Of a stretch of 45,499 nucleotides of DNA, positions 1-8,121 are shown piece by piece. This stretch comes from Acidimicrobiales bacterium (GTDB lineage: Bacteria; Actinomycetota; Acidimicrobiia; Acidimicrobiales; JBEIGA01): NCBI GenBank assembly GCA_040382135.1, contig JBEIGA010000002.1, positions 1 to 45,499 of the forward strand. Reading direction: 5' to 3'. Below the pieces are notes generated by a model. That model had not been told where the DNA came from. It ran no database searches and worked only from the letters and a program-made list of their open reading frames with translations. Numbering within the stretch: the stretch's first letter is position 1; every line of letters starts with the position of its first letter. The position numbers and the translations under genes are program-made.

Positions 1-26
1 AAACGCTTGACAAGAACGGCACAGAC

Positions 27-665
27 TTGCCGCTTCCGGTGACCGGAAGCGGCGGAAGCACCAACGAACCCGAGGCGCCGTGCGCACGGTGCCCCTTCGT
101 GCTGCTCGATCACGCGCTCGCGGCCATGCCCCAACCGCCGCTCGACCACACCTCCTGGGCGGCCGTCCAGCGCTGGCTCACAGACGTCGAGCGGGGCCTG
201 GTGTTCCGCCGGGAGCAGCGCATGGTGGCCCGCGCCGTGCACCGCGCGCTCGCCGCCGAGTTCCACAGCCGCCGCCACATCGAATCGATCCGCCGATCGA
301 TGCAGCGCGCCGCGGTGCGCGAAGCCGACAAGGACGCCGGCATCTACTGGACGATGCGTGAGGCCGGTCGCGCTGCGCAACGGCCCGTGCGCGTCGAGGT
401 CGACCCACACGCCTGGGAGGCCTTCAAGCACCGAGCCGAGCGCGTCGGCACCACCGTGGGCGAGCACCTCGGGAGGCTGGCCACGGAGGCGCTGCGGCGT
501 GACGTGATCGGTCCTCCGGTCGATGATGGTCGTGCTCGCCGCACGCTGTTCGTCCGCATCGCCATCGACGACGACCACTGGACCGAACTCCGCCACCTCA
601 CCCGCTCCAACGGATGGACCATCGGCCGCTACCTCGGCACCCTCGCCGAGCGCGAAGCCCACTGA
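27..665 (+). CDS. Hypothetical DNA-binding protein with two ribbon-helix-helix-like (CopG/Arc-type) repeats; start uncertain, possibly 5'-truncated by the window edge
   Basis: ORF 27..665 (TTG start). The frame has no stop back to nt 3, and ATG 126 is an alternative internal start. Two strand-helix-helix repeats: VRVEVDPHAWEAFKHRAERVGTTVGEHLGRLATEALRR and LFVRIAIDDDHWTELRHLTRSNGWTIGRYLGTLAEREA. Confidence 0.5.
   Translation: MPLPVTGSGGSTNEPEAPCARCPFVLLDHALAAMPQPPLDHTSWAAVQRWLTDVERGLVFRREQRMVARAVHRALAAEFHSRRHIESIRRSMQRAAVREADKDAGIYWTMREAGRAAQRPVRVEVDPHAWEAFKHRAERVGTTVGEHLGRLATEALRRDVIGPPVDDGRARRTLFVRIAIDDDHWTELRHLTRSNGWTIGRYLGTLAEREAH
32..50. repeat. Perfect 8-bp inverted repeat GCTTCCGG-tga-CCGGAAGC (possible operator or hairpin)
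   Basis: Read directly: gcttccgg (32-39), tga, ccggaagc (43-50). CGGAAGC recurs at 53-59. A TTGACA hexamer lies at 7-12. Confidence 0.6.
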
Positions 666-742
666 TCGGGGCGCCCGAGCGGCGCGTTCTGCACGCCCCC
701 ATCGCGCCGGCACAGGGCGCACACTTCGGGCAGTATGCGCTC

Positions 743-1396
743 ATGGGACTATTCCGACGGAAGCGCATCGATGGTCCGGATGATGCTGAGTTCGAGACGT
801 ACCTCAAGGACCGAATTCGTGATGCTCTGGAGAACTTGAGCCCAGAGGACGCTGCTGATGCCTACGTCGTTTCGCTGTTCGTCTACGACGAAGAGGATGA
901 CCCGAAGTTCCCCACCGTGACCGTGAGCATCAACACGGAAGCGCAGGTACGACTTTCCACCAATCCGCCCGAGGACTTCGCGAAACCGAACGAGTGGTGG
1001 ACTCCGACGGATGAGTCGGAGGCACGCTGGAACTTTGCGTTCTGGACCCAAACGCCCCTGGCGATCATCGCTGACAGCTCGTCTGATCCACGGGGTGCCC
1101 AGCTCCGCAGGGACTGGTTCGGGGACATGGGGTTGCCAGTCGACCTCGATTGGCGTGACGTTGGCGATGACGAGGCGGACGCGCTCGCGAGCCGCTTCAC
1201 GAAGATGTTTGTCGACCTGATGGTCTCAACAGTGAAGTCACTTCACCAGGCCGGCGTGGTGGAGACCATCTTTGGACGGCCGATTCCTCTGGTGATTCAC
1301 GAGTTGGAGTACTACGACGCGATCGCTGAGCAGAACGTACGAGCGAACGGCCGGGACCTGGCAGGTGGCCCCGTGGCGTGGATCTCGTCCTTCTAA
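743..1396 (+). CDS. DUF4303-like hypothetical protein (family assignment tentative)
   Basis: ATG 743 inside ORF 614..1396. Acidic soluble protein (YVVSLFVYDEEDDPKFPTVTVSINTE..., WNFAFW, IHELEYYD). Visibly more A/T-ending codons than its neighbours, and a TAA stop at 1394-1396. Confidence 0.55.
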   Translation: MGLFRRKRIDGPDDAEFETYLKDRIRDALENLSPEDAADAYVVSLFVYDEEDDPKFPTVTVSINTEAQVRLSTNPPEDFAKPNEWWTPTDESEARWNFAFWTQTPLAIIADSSSDPRGAQLRRDWFGDMGLPVDLDWRDVGDDEADALASRFTKMFVDLMVSTVKSLHQAGVVETIFGRPIPLVIHELEYYDAIAEQNVRANGRDLAGGPVAWISSF

Positions 1397-1813
1397 CTAC
1401 GACGCTGCGGGAGCACGTCAGCCATGCCGATCTGCCGTTATGGGACGCCCTCCCGAGGACCGGTCCCGCACAGATCACGCACGCAGAAGTCGCCCACGAC
1501 GCGAGGGCCCGGTGCCATGCTCATCACGCGATCCGTCGCTCCGACGACCCCGACGCGACGAGCGAGCGCCTTGCCGCCGACTCGGGCGAGCCGACGCCCG
1601 ATGCGCGCGACCTGGCGTCGGTTCGACGCTCGCTCCGAGGCCGATTTCCAGGATCGCAACTCGTCGAAGAACTCATGCGGCAACGAATGCACGACAAGCG
1701 GAAGGGCTGATCCAACCGCACCGCGCGGCCGGTCGACCAAAGCTCGCGACCGTCTCGTCCTTGAACTGGGATGGGCCCTTCCCGTCGCGGTGGCACCGGC
1801 CTACGATGATCCG

Positions 1814-1999
1814 ATGAACGGCGACAAGGTGTGGACTGCCGACGAGTTGGAGCGAATGGCTCCCGACGAACGCTCCCGGCTGTTCAACGAACGGGTCGTG
1901 ACCGACCTGTCCACGTTGCCTCCCGAGTTCGTGGCGAGGATCCGGGCGAAGGGCCGAGCACTCCTGGCCGAGCGCGGCATCGTCGCCCCCGAAGCGTGA
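1814..1999 (+). CDS. Small hypothetical protein (61 aa), upstream partner of a 2-gene cassette (antitoxin position)
   Basis: ATG 1814 in frame of ORF 1424..1999. Good GC3 codon pattern from MNGDKVWTADELERM onward, whereas the upstream part of the ORF is Arg/Pro/Ser/Thr junk. Its stop overlaps the next start (GTGA at 1996-1999). Confidence 0.5.
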   Translation: MNGDKVWTADELERMAPDERSRLFNERVVTDLSTLPPEFVARIRAKGRALLAERGIVAPEA

Positions 2000-2316
2000 A
2001 CCAGCCGCGCCGCAGCGTTCGAGTCACCGAATCGTTCTTCCAGGCCCTCGACAGCCAGCTCGGACCTGACCGCTCGCCCGGAGGCGCGCCTTCGGCGACG
2101 GACTTCCTCGTGCTCGAGCTCCCGCCGGTCGTCGAGCGGTTCGCCACCGACTTCGACGGCTTGCCCGAGGTGATCACGGGCTTCGCCGACGCTCGCGTCG
2201 TGATCGCCTCCGGCGTCCTCGTGCGCGGCATGGTGGTCTACGGGATCCTCGTCGCCGACCAGACGATCGAACTGGTGGACATCGACCTCGACATCGCGAC
2301 CGACCACCCGGAGTGA
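1996..2316 (+). CDS. Hypothetical protein (106 aa), ParE/RelE-like layout (toxin position); function unproven
   Basis: GTG 1996 in frame of ORF 1831..2316, with strong GC3 bias. N-terminal VRVTESFFQALDSQL and C-terminal beta-rich MVVYGILVADQTIELVDIDLD resemble the ParE/RelE arrangement. 4-nt overlap with the 61-aa upstream ORF. Confidence 0.45.
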   Translation: MNQPRRSVRVTESFFQALDSQLGPDRSPGGAPSATDFLVLELPPVVERFATDFDGLPEVITGFADARVVIASGVLVRGMVVYGILVADQTIELVDIDLDIATDHPE

Positions 2317-2505
2317 GCCGCGGCCGCGTCGCACGGCGCGCGCTAACAACGAGCTAACCAACTTGGACGGACGGTGTCGCCCGTCGAGTCACGACCTCGG
2401 ATGACCGGATCGCGAAGGCGCTGGTAGGTTCGGTCGCAACCACACCGGTGAGGGCGCAACGTCACCCGACGACACGACCGAACCGGGGCTACGGATCAGA
2501 AGGTT

Positions 2506-2530
2506 GGGGGTTCGAGTCCCTCCGAGCGCG
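2506..2530 (+). other. tRNA 3'-end remnant (T-arm plus 3' acceptor strand), att-like scar
   Basis: GGGGG-TTCGAGT-CCCTC (canonical T-stem/loop) followed by CGAGCGC and G. No anticodon arm can be folded upstream. It sits between island-type cargo and an integrase fragment. Confidence 0.45.
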
Positions 2531-2718
2531 CTGAACGAAGCTGCAGGCCAGGTGGGGTTTTCGCCCCGCCTGCTGTCGTTCTCGGGTGCGTTCGGAGCGC
2601 CGTTTGGGCTCGCGCGCCAACCGACTTCGTCCGCCGTCCCGTCGCGTCAGCCGCCTTCACCGCGCTTGTCGCTTCGGAGGACGACGCCAACCAGGTTCCG
2701 GACACGCCGGCACCGCCG

Positions 2719-2919
2719 GTGTCACCGACGCTCGAGGCGTCCCTGCTGGACTGGCTGGAACACTCGGCGTCCACCCGTAGGCCGACGACGTCAGTGCTCC
2801 ACGACAAGCTCGTGCGCCAGCACATCGCCCCGCACCTGGACGCCATCACGCTCACCGCGCTCGCTCCAGCCGAGATCCGCGCCTGGCACGCCGAACTGCT
2901 GCAGAAGCCGAAGCGGTAG
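2719..2919 (+). pseudogene. Tyrosine recombinase (phage-type integrase) N-terminal SAM-like domain fragment
   Basis: ORF 2719..2919: TLEASLLDWLEH...RRPTTSVLHDKLVRQHIAPHLDAITLTALAPAEIRAWHAELL matches the integrase N-terminal core-binding pattern. It ends at TAG 2917-2919 with no catalytic domain. Confidence 0.6.
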
Positions 2920-2931
2920 GGCGAGCAGGAG

Positions 2932-3069
2932 GTGCGTCGCCTCGCTGCCGAGACGGGCATCGCCAAGGACACGCTCACCGGGGTGGTCTCCACCCTCGGG
3001 AAGCGCGGTCTCGTGGCGCAGGTGGTGCACCCGAGCGACACCGGAGACGGTCGATGCGTCACCTTGGGA
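2932..3069 (+). pseudogene. MarR-type winged-helix fragment (recognition helix plus wing only)
   Basis: LAAETGIAKDTLTGVVSTLGKRGLVAQVVHPSDTGDGRCVTL resembles a MarR HTH plus wing. It lacks N- and C-terminal dimerisation helices. The remainder of the ORF runs antisense into the PucR gene. Confidence 0.35.
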
Positions 3070-4704
3070 TCAGGACCGTCCGCCGCCCTGCGCACGGAGT
3101 TCCAGGTCGAGGAGGAGCCGGGTGTCGGGGTCGTCGAGGTCGACGCCGGTCGCCTCCTTCATCCGACGGAGGCGGTACCGGAGCGTGTTCGGATGGACGA
3201 AGAGCCGCCGGGCGGCGTCGGCGACGATCCCGGTCGCGGTGATGTAGGCGCTCGCGGTCCGGACGTACTCGGTGTCGTGCTCTGCGTCGTGCCGGCGGAG
3301 CCGGTCGAGTAGATCGGTCCGGAGCTCGGCATCCGCGGCGATCACGTCGCAGAGCCTGAGGATCGCGACCTGTCGCCGCACGTCGTCGACGTGCACGACC
3401 GGCCCGAACCCGTCTCGCCGGACCACCCGCAGAGCGACATCGGCATCGCTCCGGGACGTGTGGAGCGCCGACGGGTCGCAGGTGGTCGAGCCGAGCGCAG
3501 CGATCGTCGTCGGCGAGACGGCGTGGCGGGCCCGGCGCACGATCTCCTCGACGACCTCCCGTCGACGTGCGGCGCCGGTGCCGGCGGGCTCGACGAGGAT
3601 GAGGTACGCACGCGAGCCGAGCGCCACAGCGGCTGACGACCGGCGGTGCGATTCGGCGTGGAGCGCCACCATGTCGACGAGCCGGTCGACGGTCCGCTGC
3701 GCCTCGGCCTCGTCGTCGTCGAGGTCGGGCATCTCGAACCCGACGACGGTGCACTCCACTGCCTCGTCGTTCGTAAGCTCGCGCACGATCGTGGCGAACG
3801 GGACCCGGCCCTCGAGCACGGACCGGGCGAGCTCGCCGCGCCGTTGGCGCTCGACGTCGCTCGATGCCGCATGGCGCATCAGGTGGAGCGCCGCGAGGCG
3901 CGCCGCCTCGCCCAACGCGAGCTCGTCGGCCGGGCTGAACGGCGCGGTCCCTTCCAGCACCCAGATGGTGCCGAGCACCTCGGTGCCGGCCTTCACGGCG
4001 ATCGCGAGGCGGGCCCGCGACTCGGTGGGCTCGTGGGCCGGCATCCGCACCGCACCCTCGCTCCGCCACACCATCCGGTAGAGCTCCGCCGTCTCCCGGC
4101 GGATGTCCACGGGCACCTTCCGCCCCACGATCGAGTCGAGCCGGATCCGGTCGACGGGCTGTCCGGCGAGGTTGGAGTGGGCGAGGACCTGGAGCTGCCG
4201 GTCCTCGATGGTGGTCGCGCCCCCGACCGTGGCCGCGATGGCGTTGGCGAGCGAGAACAGGTCACCGAGCGGGGCCGCCCGGACGCCGGGGGCGGACGGT
4301 GCGCTCGACGCCACCGTCGCCGTCCGCACGAGGGTGTAGAGCTGTCCCCAGTCGATGCGGCTCGCCCGGAGCAGCGCGATCCCGGCGTCGGCCGCTCGGC
4401 GTTCGATCGCCTGCGGGAGCGCGTCGTCGAACTTCAGCACCAACGCCGTCGCTCCCTGCCGGCCGAGGTCGTCGACGAGCGCGCCGATGGTCGGCGCCCT
4501 CGGGTCGATGCCCACGCCGAGGACGATGTCGCCACGGCCGACCGGCGAACCGGGTGTCCCGTCGTGGATCACCGCCGTGCCGATGAGGACCTCGAGGCCC
4601 GCCGGCGCGACCACCAGGTCGACGACCGCCTCGCTCAGCACGTCGAGGACGTGCCCGAGGGTGATCCCGGCGGCGCGATCGGCGTGGAGGTCCTGGGCCA
4701 TCAC
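3070..4704 (-). CDS. PucR-family transcriptional regulator
   Basis: 544-aa ORF. C-terminal PucR-type HTH ARRLFVHPNTLRYRLRRMKEATGVDLDDPDTRLLLDLELR, with an N-terminal purine-catabolism-regulator-like region. Confidence 0.9.
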   Translation of the reverse strand: MMAQDLHADRAAGITLGHVLDVLSEAVVDLVVAPAGLEVLIGTAVIHDGTPGSPVGRGDIVLGVGIDPRAPTIGALVDDLGRQGATALVLKFDDALPQAIERRAADAGIALLRASRIDWGQLYTLVRTATVASSAPSAPGVRAAPLGDLFSLANAIAATVGGATTIEDRQLQVLAHSNLAGQPVDRIRLDSIVGRKVPVDIRRETAELYRMVWRSEGAVRMPAHEPTESRARLAIAVKAGTEVLGTIWVLEGTAPFSPADELALGEAARLAALHLMRHAASSDVERQRRGELARSVLEGRVPFATIVRELTNDEAVECTVVGFEMPDLDDDEAEAQRTVDRLVDMVALHAESHRRSSAAVALGSRAYLILVEPAGTGAARRREVVEEIVRRARHAVSPTTIAALGSTTCDPSALHTSRSDADVALRVVRRDGFGPVVHVDDVRRQVAILRLCDVIAADAELRTDLLDRLRRHDAEHDTEYVRTASAYITATGIVADAARRLFVHPNTLRYRLRRMKEATGVDLDDPDTRLLLDLELRAQGGGRS

Positions 4705-4765
4705 GACCAGGCTACGAGTTGCTGATTGTGCAGATGGCCAAATCCTCGTCGTCTACGTTGCGCCG
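4705..4765. promoter_or_regulatory. Divergent promoter/operator region between the PucR regulator and the ilvA-like operon
   Basis: A 61-nt intergenic spacer that is the most A/T-containing stretch locally (gagttgctgattgtgcagatggccaaatcc). It contains the motif GATTGTGC-N4-GGCCAA at 4724-4741. Confidence 0.45.
4724..4741. promoter_or_regulatory. Candidate operator copy 1: GATTGTGCAGATGGCCAA
   Basis: 14 of 18 positions are identical, ungapped, to 9029-9046. Weak dyad TTGnnC-N4-GnnCAA. Confidence 0.35.
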
Positions 4766-6028
4766 ATGGCCGGGACCCCGGGAGCACCGGTCACGTTCGA
4801 CGACGTGACCGCCGCTGCGGCGCGCATCGTTGGCGAGGTCGAACGCACACCGACGGCACGGGCGCGGACGCTGTCGGAGATCACCGGCGCCGAGGTGTTC
4901 GTCAAGTTCGAGAACCTCCAGTTCACCGCGTCCTACAAGGAACGTGGCGCCCCGAACCGCCTGCGCCTGCTCTCGCCCGGGGCCTCCGGCGTGGTCACCG
5001 CGTCGGCCGGCAACTTCGCGCAGGGCGTCGCCTACCACGCGGGCCGGTCGGGGATCCCGGCCGTGATCGTCATGCCGACGACCACGCCGGCGCTCAAGGT
5101 GTCGCGGACGGGCGCCCTCGGCGCGGAGGTGGTGCTGCGCGGGCGCGACTTCGACGAGTCCGCCGAGATCGCCCGCGGGATCGCCGAGGACACCTCCTAC
5201 GAGCTGCTCTCACCGTTCGACGACGCGGAGGTGATCGCCGGGCAGGGCACCGTCGCCCTCGAGCTGTTCGAGGACGTGGCGGATCTCGACGTGGTCGTCG
5301 TGCCGGTCGGTGGCGGGGGGCTGCTCGCCGGCATGGCCGTGGCGACGCGGGCGCTCCATCCCTCCACCGAGGTCGTCGGGGTCCAGAGCGAGCGCTACCC
5401 CGCGGTGCACCGGCTGATCCACGGCGGATCCGCGGCAGGCCCGGCCGAGGTGGTGCCGGGTGGCGCCACCATCGCCGACGGCATCGCCGTCGCCCAGCCG
5501 GGGCGACGTTCGACCGCGATCATCCGGGCATTGGCCGACCGGATCGAGCTGGTCCCGGAGGACCGGATCGAGGAGGCGGTCGCGCTCTACCTCGAGATCG
5601 AGAAGACGGTCGCGGAGGGCGCCGGGGCGATCTCCCTCGCCGAGATCCTGACCCGCCCCGACCGCTACCGCGGGCGGCGGGTCGGCGTCGTGCTCAGCGG
5701 CGGCAACATCGACCTCCGCCAGCTCGCCTCGGTCACGCTGCGCAGCCTGGTCCGGACCGGGCGCCTCACCAGGATCCAGGTCGAGGTCGACGACCGTCCG
5801 GGCAGCCTGGGCCTCGTCACCACGCACGTCGGCGACCTCGGGGGCAACATCATCGAGGTGGCGCACCAACGCCTCGACCCCACCGTTCACACCCGCTCGA
5901 CCGAGGTCGAGCTCAGCATCGAGACGTCGGACCGCCGGCACCTCGTCGCCGTGCTGGACGGCCTGCGCGACCGGGGACACCGGGTGCGCGCCGTCGACCG
6001 GCGCCGGGACGACGAGGAGTGGCGATGA
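4766..6028 (+). CDS. ilvA: Threonine ammonia-lyase (threonine dehydratase) with C-terminal ACT-like domain
   Basis: ATG 4766 in ORF 4355..6028. PLP-lysine motif FTASYKERGA, glycine loop VGGGGLLAG, and C-terminal regulatory segment RIQVEVDDRPGSLGLVTTHVGDLGGNIIEV. Confidence 0.9.
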   Translation: MAGTPGAPVTFDDVTAAAARIVGEVERTPTARARTLSEITGAEVFVKFENLQFTASYKERGAPNRLRLLSPGASGVVTASAGNFAQGVAYHAGRSGIPAVIVMPTTTPALKVSRTGALGAEVVLRGRDFDESAEIARGIAEDTSYELLSPFDDAEVIAGQGTVALELFEDVADLDVVVVPVGGGGLLAGMAVATRALHPSTEVVGVQSERYPAVHRLIHGGSAAGPAEVVPGGATIADGIAVAQPGRRSTAIIRALADRIELVPEDRIEEAVALYLEIEKTVAEGAGAISLAEILTRPDRYRGRRVGVVLSGGNIDLRQLASVTLRSLVRTGRLTRIQVEVDDRPGSLGLVTTHVGDLGGNIIEVAHQRLDPTVHTRSTEVELSIETSDRRHLVAVLDGLRDRGHRVRAVDRRRDDEEWR

Positions 6029-7092
6029 ACGCGACCGACCGGCTGGACGCGGCGCTCGACGCCTTCGTCGCGGCGGCCGGCGCCGCCCCGGGCCTCGTCA
6101 TGCAGGTCCGTCACCCACGGTCGGCCCTGACGTGGACCGGGACACGCGGCGTCCGGGTGCTCGGCGGCGATCCCGTCGAGCCGGGCGACTGCTTCCGCGT
6201 CGCCAGCATCGGGAAGACCTTCACGGCAGCCACGGTGCTGGCGCTCGTCGAGGACGGGCGCATGGCGCTCGACCAGCCGGTCGCCGACTCCCTCGGTGGC
6301 CCGATGCGACGGTTGCTCGACGCCATCCCGGCCGACGTGCTCGGCGGGATCACCGTCGAGCGGTTCCTGAACCACACCAGCGGCCTGCACGACTTCGGGC
6401 GCGACCCCGAGTATCTGGGCCGCATCGGCCGGGAGCCGACCCACCGATGGACAGGTGTCGAGCTCGTCGAGCTGTCGATGCGGCAGGGACCCATGGTCGA
6501 CGCGCCGGGCGCCCGGTTCCACTACAGCGACACGGGGTTCACGCTGCTGGCGGCGGCCGCCGAGGAGGTGCTCGGGCAGGAGCTTCCCGCGGCGTACCGG
6601 TGGATGCTCGCTCGGGGCGGGATCGAGCTGCCCGGGACGTGGCTGGAAGGCCGGGAGCCCGGACCGGCGAGCCCCCCGCCACGGCTGCACCAATACCTCG
6701 GGGGCATCGACACCTACGACCTCGACCCGTCCTGCGACACCTGGGGCGGTGGCGGTCTCGTCGCCACCTGCGACGACCTGGCTCGGTTCGTCGAGGCGCT
6801 CTTCGCCGGGGCGTTCGTGCGCGACGAGCGGCGCCTGGCGTGGATGCTGCGGTGCGACCAGCCGACCGACCTCGGGGCGCTCGGCGCCTTCGCCGGCCGC
6901 GGCGTGTTCCGGACACCGATCGGCGCGGTGCAGCGATACGGCCACGAGGGGTTCTGGGGCGTGTGGATGCACCACTACCCGGAGCTGGGGCTGACCGTGA
7001 CCGGGGCCCACACCGGCGTGCCGATCCCCGACGAGGTCCGACGGGAGCTCCTCGAGGCCCCGGTCCGCGCCTTGCTCGGCGGCGATCCGTGA
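6025..7092 (+). CDS. Beta-lactamase-fold serine hydrolase (class C / DD-peptidase / D-aminopeptidase superfamily)
   Basis: ATG 6025 overlaps the upstream stop (ATGA). SxxK motif ASIGKTFTA, and FLNHTSGL. Confidence 0.85.
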   Translation: MNATDRLDAALDAFVAAAGAAPGLVMQVRHPRSALTWTGTRGVRVLGGDPVEPGDCFRVASIGKTFTAATVLALVEDGRMALDQPVADSLGGPMRRLLDAIPADVLGGITVERFLNHTSGLHDFGRDPEYLGRIGREPTHRWTGVELVELSMRQGPMVDAPGARFHYSDTGFTLLAAAAEEVLGQELPAAYRWMLARGGIELPGTWLEGREPGPASPPPRLHQYLGGIDTYDLDPSCDTWGGGGLVATCDDLARFVEALFAGAFVRDERRLAWMLRCDQPTDLGALGAFAGRGVFRTPIGAVQRYGHEGFWGVWMHHYPELGLTVTGAHTGVPIPDEVRRELLEAPVRALLGGDP

Positions 7093-8120
7093 CGGCGTTC
7101 GACCGCCGCGTCGCGCCGCCACCGCTCGCCTCGTCGATCCTCGAGGTGGTGGGCAACACGCCGCTCGTCGAGCTGCACCGTGTCGTCGCGCACGCCGGTG
7201 TCGACGGTCGGATCCTCGCGAAGCTCGAGCACCTCCAGCCGGGCCTGTCGAAGAAGACCCGTGTCGCGACGGAGATGGTGCTCGACGCCCGCACCGACGG
7301 CACGCTGCGACCGGGCCAGACGGTCGTCGAGCTGACCAGCGGCAACACCGGCACGGGCCTGGCGATCGCCTGCGGCGCCCTCGGCCATCCGTTCGTCGCC
7401 GTGATGTCGCAGGGGAACTCCGTCGAGCGGGCACGGATGATGGCTGCGCTCGGCGCCGAGGTGGTCCTGGTCGACCAGGCTCCCGGATCCGTGCACGGCG
7501 AGGTGTCGGGTGCCGACCTCGACCTCGTGGAAGCCCGCACCGATCGGATCGTCGCCGAGCGCGGGGCGTTCCGCGCCGACCAGTTCGCCCTGGCGTCGTC
7601 GGCGCTCGCCCACGAGCGCTGGACGGCCGAGGAGATCTGGCAGCAGACCCGCGGGCGGCTCGACGCGGTCGTGGACTTCGTCGGCAGCGGTGGCTCCTAC
7701 GGCGGGATCGTCCGGGGCCTGCAGCGGCACGACCCGCGCATTCGCGGGTACGTCGTGGAGCCCACCGGGGCGGCCGTGCTCGCGGGCGAGGCGGTGGCGC
7801 GTCCCAACCACCCGATCCAGGGCGGCGGATACGCCCGGCCGGACCTCCCGCTGCTGGCCGGGGCGCCGGTCGCCGGCCACCTCACCGTCGACGGGGACGA
7901 GGCGCGGGAGGGTGCACGGCTGCTCGCCCGCACCGAGGGGATCTTCGGCGGGTTCTCGGCCGGGGCGAACCTCGCCGGCGCGCTGCGGATCCTCGGTGGT
8001 GTCGAACGGGGTTCGACCGTCGTGATCCTGGTCTGCGACTCCGGTCTCAAGTACCTGAGCACCGACCTGTACCCGCACGACCTGCCGCCGACCGACCCGG
8101 CCGGATCCGCAGGGGCCTGA
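7089..8120 (+). CDS. Cysteine synthase/CBS-family (fold-type II PLP) enzyme, divergent
   Basis: GTG 7089 overlaps the upstream stop (GTGA). SKKTR occupies the position of the canonical SVKDR PLP-lysine motif. TSGNTGTGLA and GSGGSYGG loops are present. Confidence 0.85.
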   Translation: MTAFDRRVAPPPLASSILEVVGNTPLVELHRVVAHAGVDGRILAKLEHLQPGLSKKTRVATEMVLDARTDGTLRPGQTVVELTSGNTGTGLAIACGALGHPFVAVMSQGNSVERARMMAALGAEVVLVDQAPGSVHGEVSGADLDLVEARTDRIVAERGAFRADQFALASSALAHERWTAEEIWQQTRGRLDAVVDFVGSGGSYGGIVRGLQRHDPRIRGYVVEPTGAAVLAGEAVARPNHPIQGGGYARPDLPLLAGAPVAGHLTVDGDEAREGARLLARTEGIFGGFSAGANLAGALRILGGVERGSTVVILVCDSGLKYLSTDLYPHDLPPTDPAGSAGA

Positions 8121-8121
8121 C

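Noticed and set aside
7-12. TTGACA hexamer at the window start, considered as a -35 promoter box for the RHH gene.
   Set aside because: No acceptable -10 (TAnnnT) lies 16-19 nt downstream, and the reading frame is open through it to the window edge, so it may simply be coding.
1378-1740. Mutually antisense ORFs 1378..1710 (+, 110 aa) and 1438..1740 (-, 100 aa) filling the 417-nt gap between the DUF4303-like gene and the TA-like pair.
   Set aside because: Both frames show similar GC3 (about 73-75% by hand count), neither has a recognisable motif or a clear RBS, and their codon registers mirror each other. I cannot tell which, if either, is real, so I left the region unannotated.
2454-2530. 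Attempt to fold a complete 76-nt tRNA ending at the T-arm/acceptor remnant. Also tested as a class II tRNA, tRNA-Sec or tmRNA 3' end.
   Set aside because: Only 4 of 7 acceptor pairs form and no D-stem can be drawn. No anticodon stem forms in any register (an ACG loop candidate has an unpaired stem). The tmRNA 5' partner region lies inside a coding gene. I kept only the 3' fragment, plus a low-confidence split tRNA-like note.
2504-3247. 247-aa plus-strand ORF spanning the tRNA remnant, integrase fragment and MarR fragment.
   Set aside because: It is a Pro/Arg/Ser-rich translation in a different frame from both recognisable fragments, and it overlaps the PucR 3' end. It is a shadow ORF.
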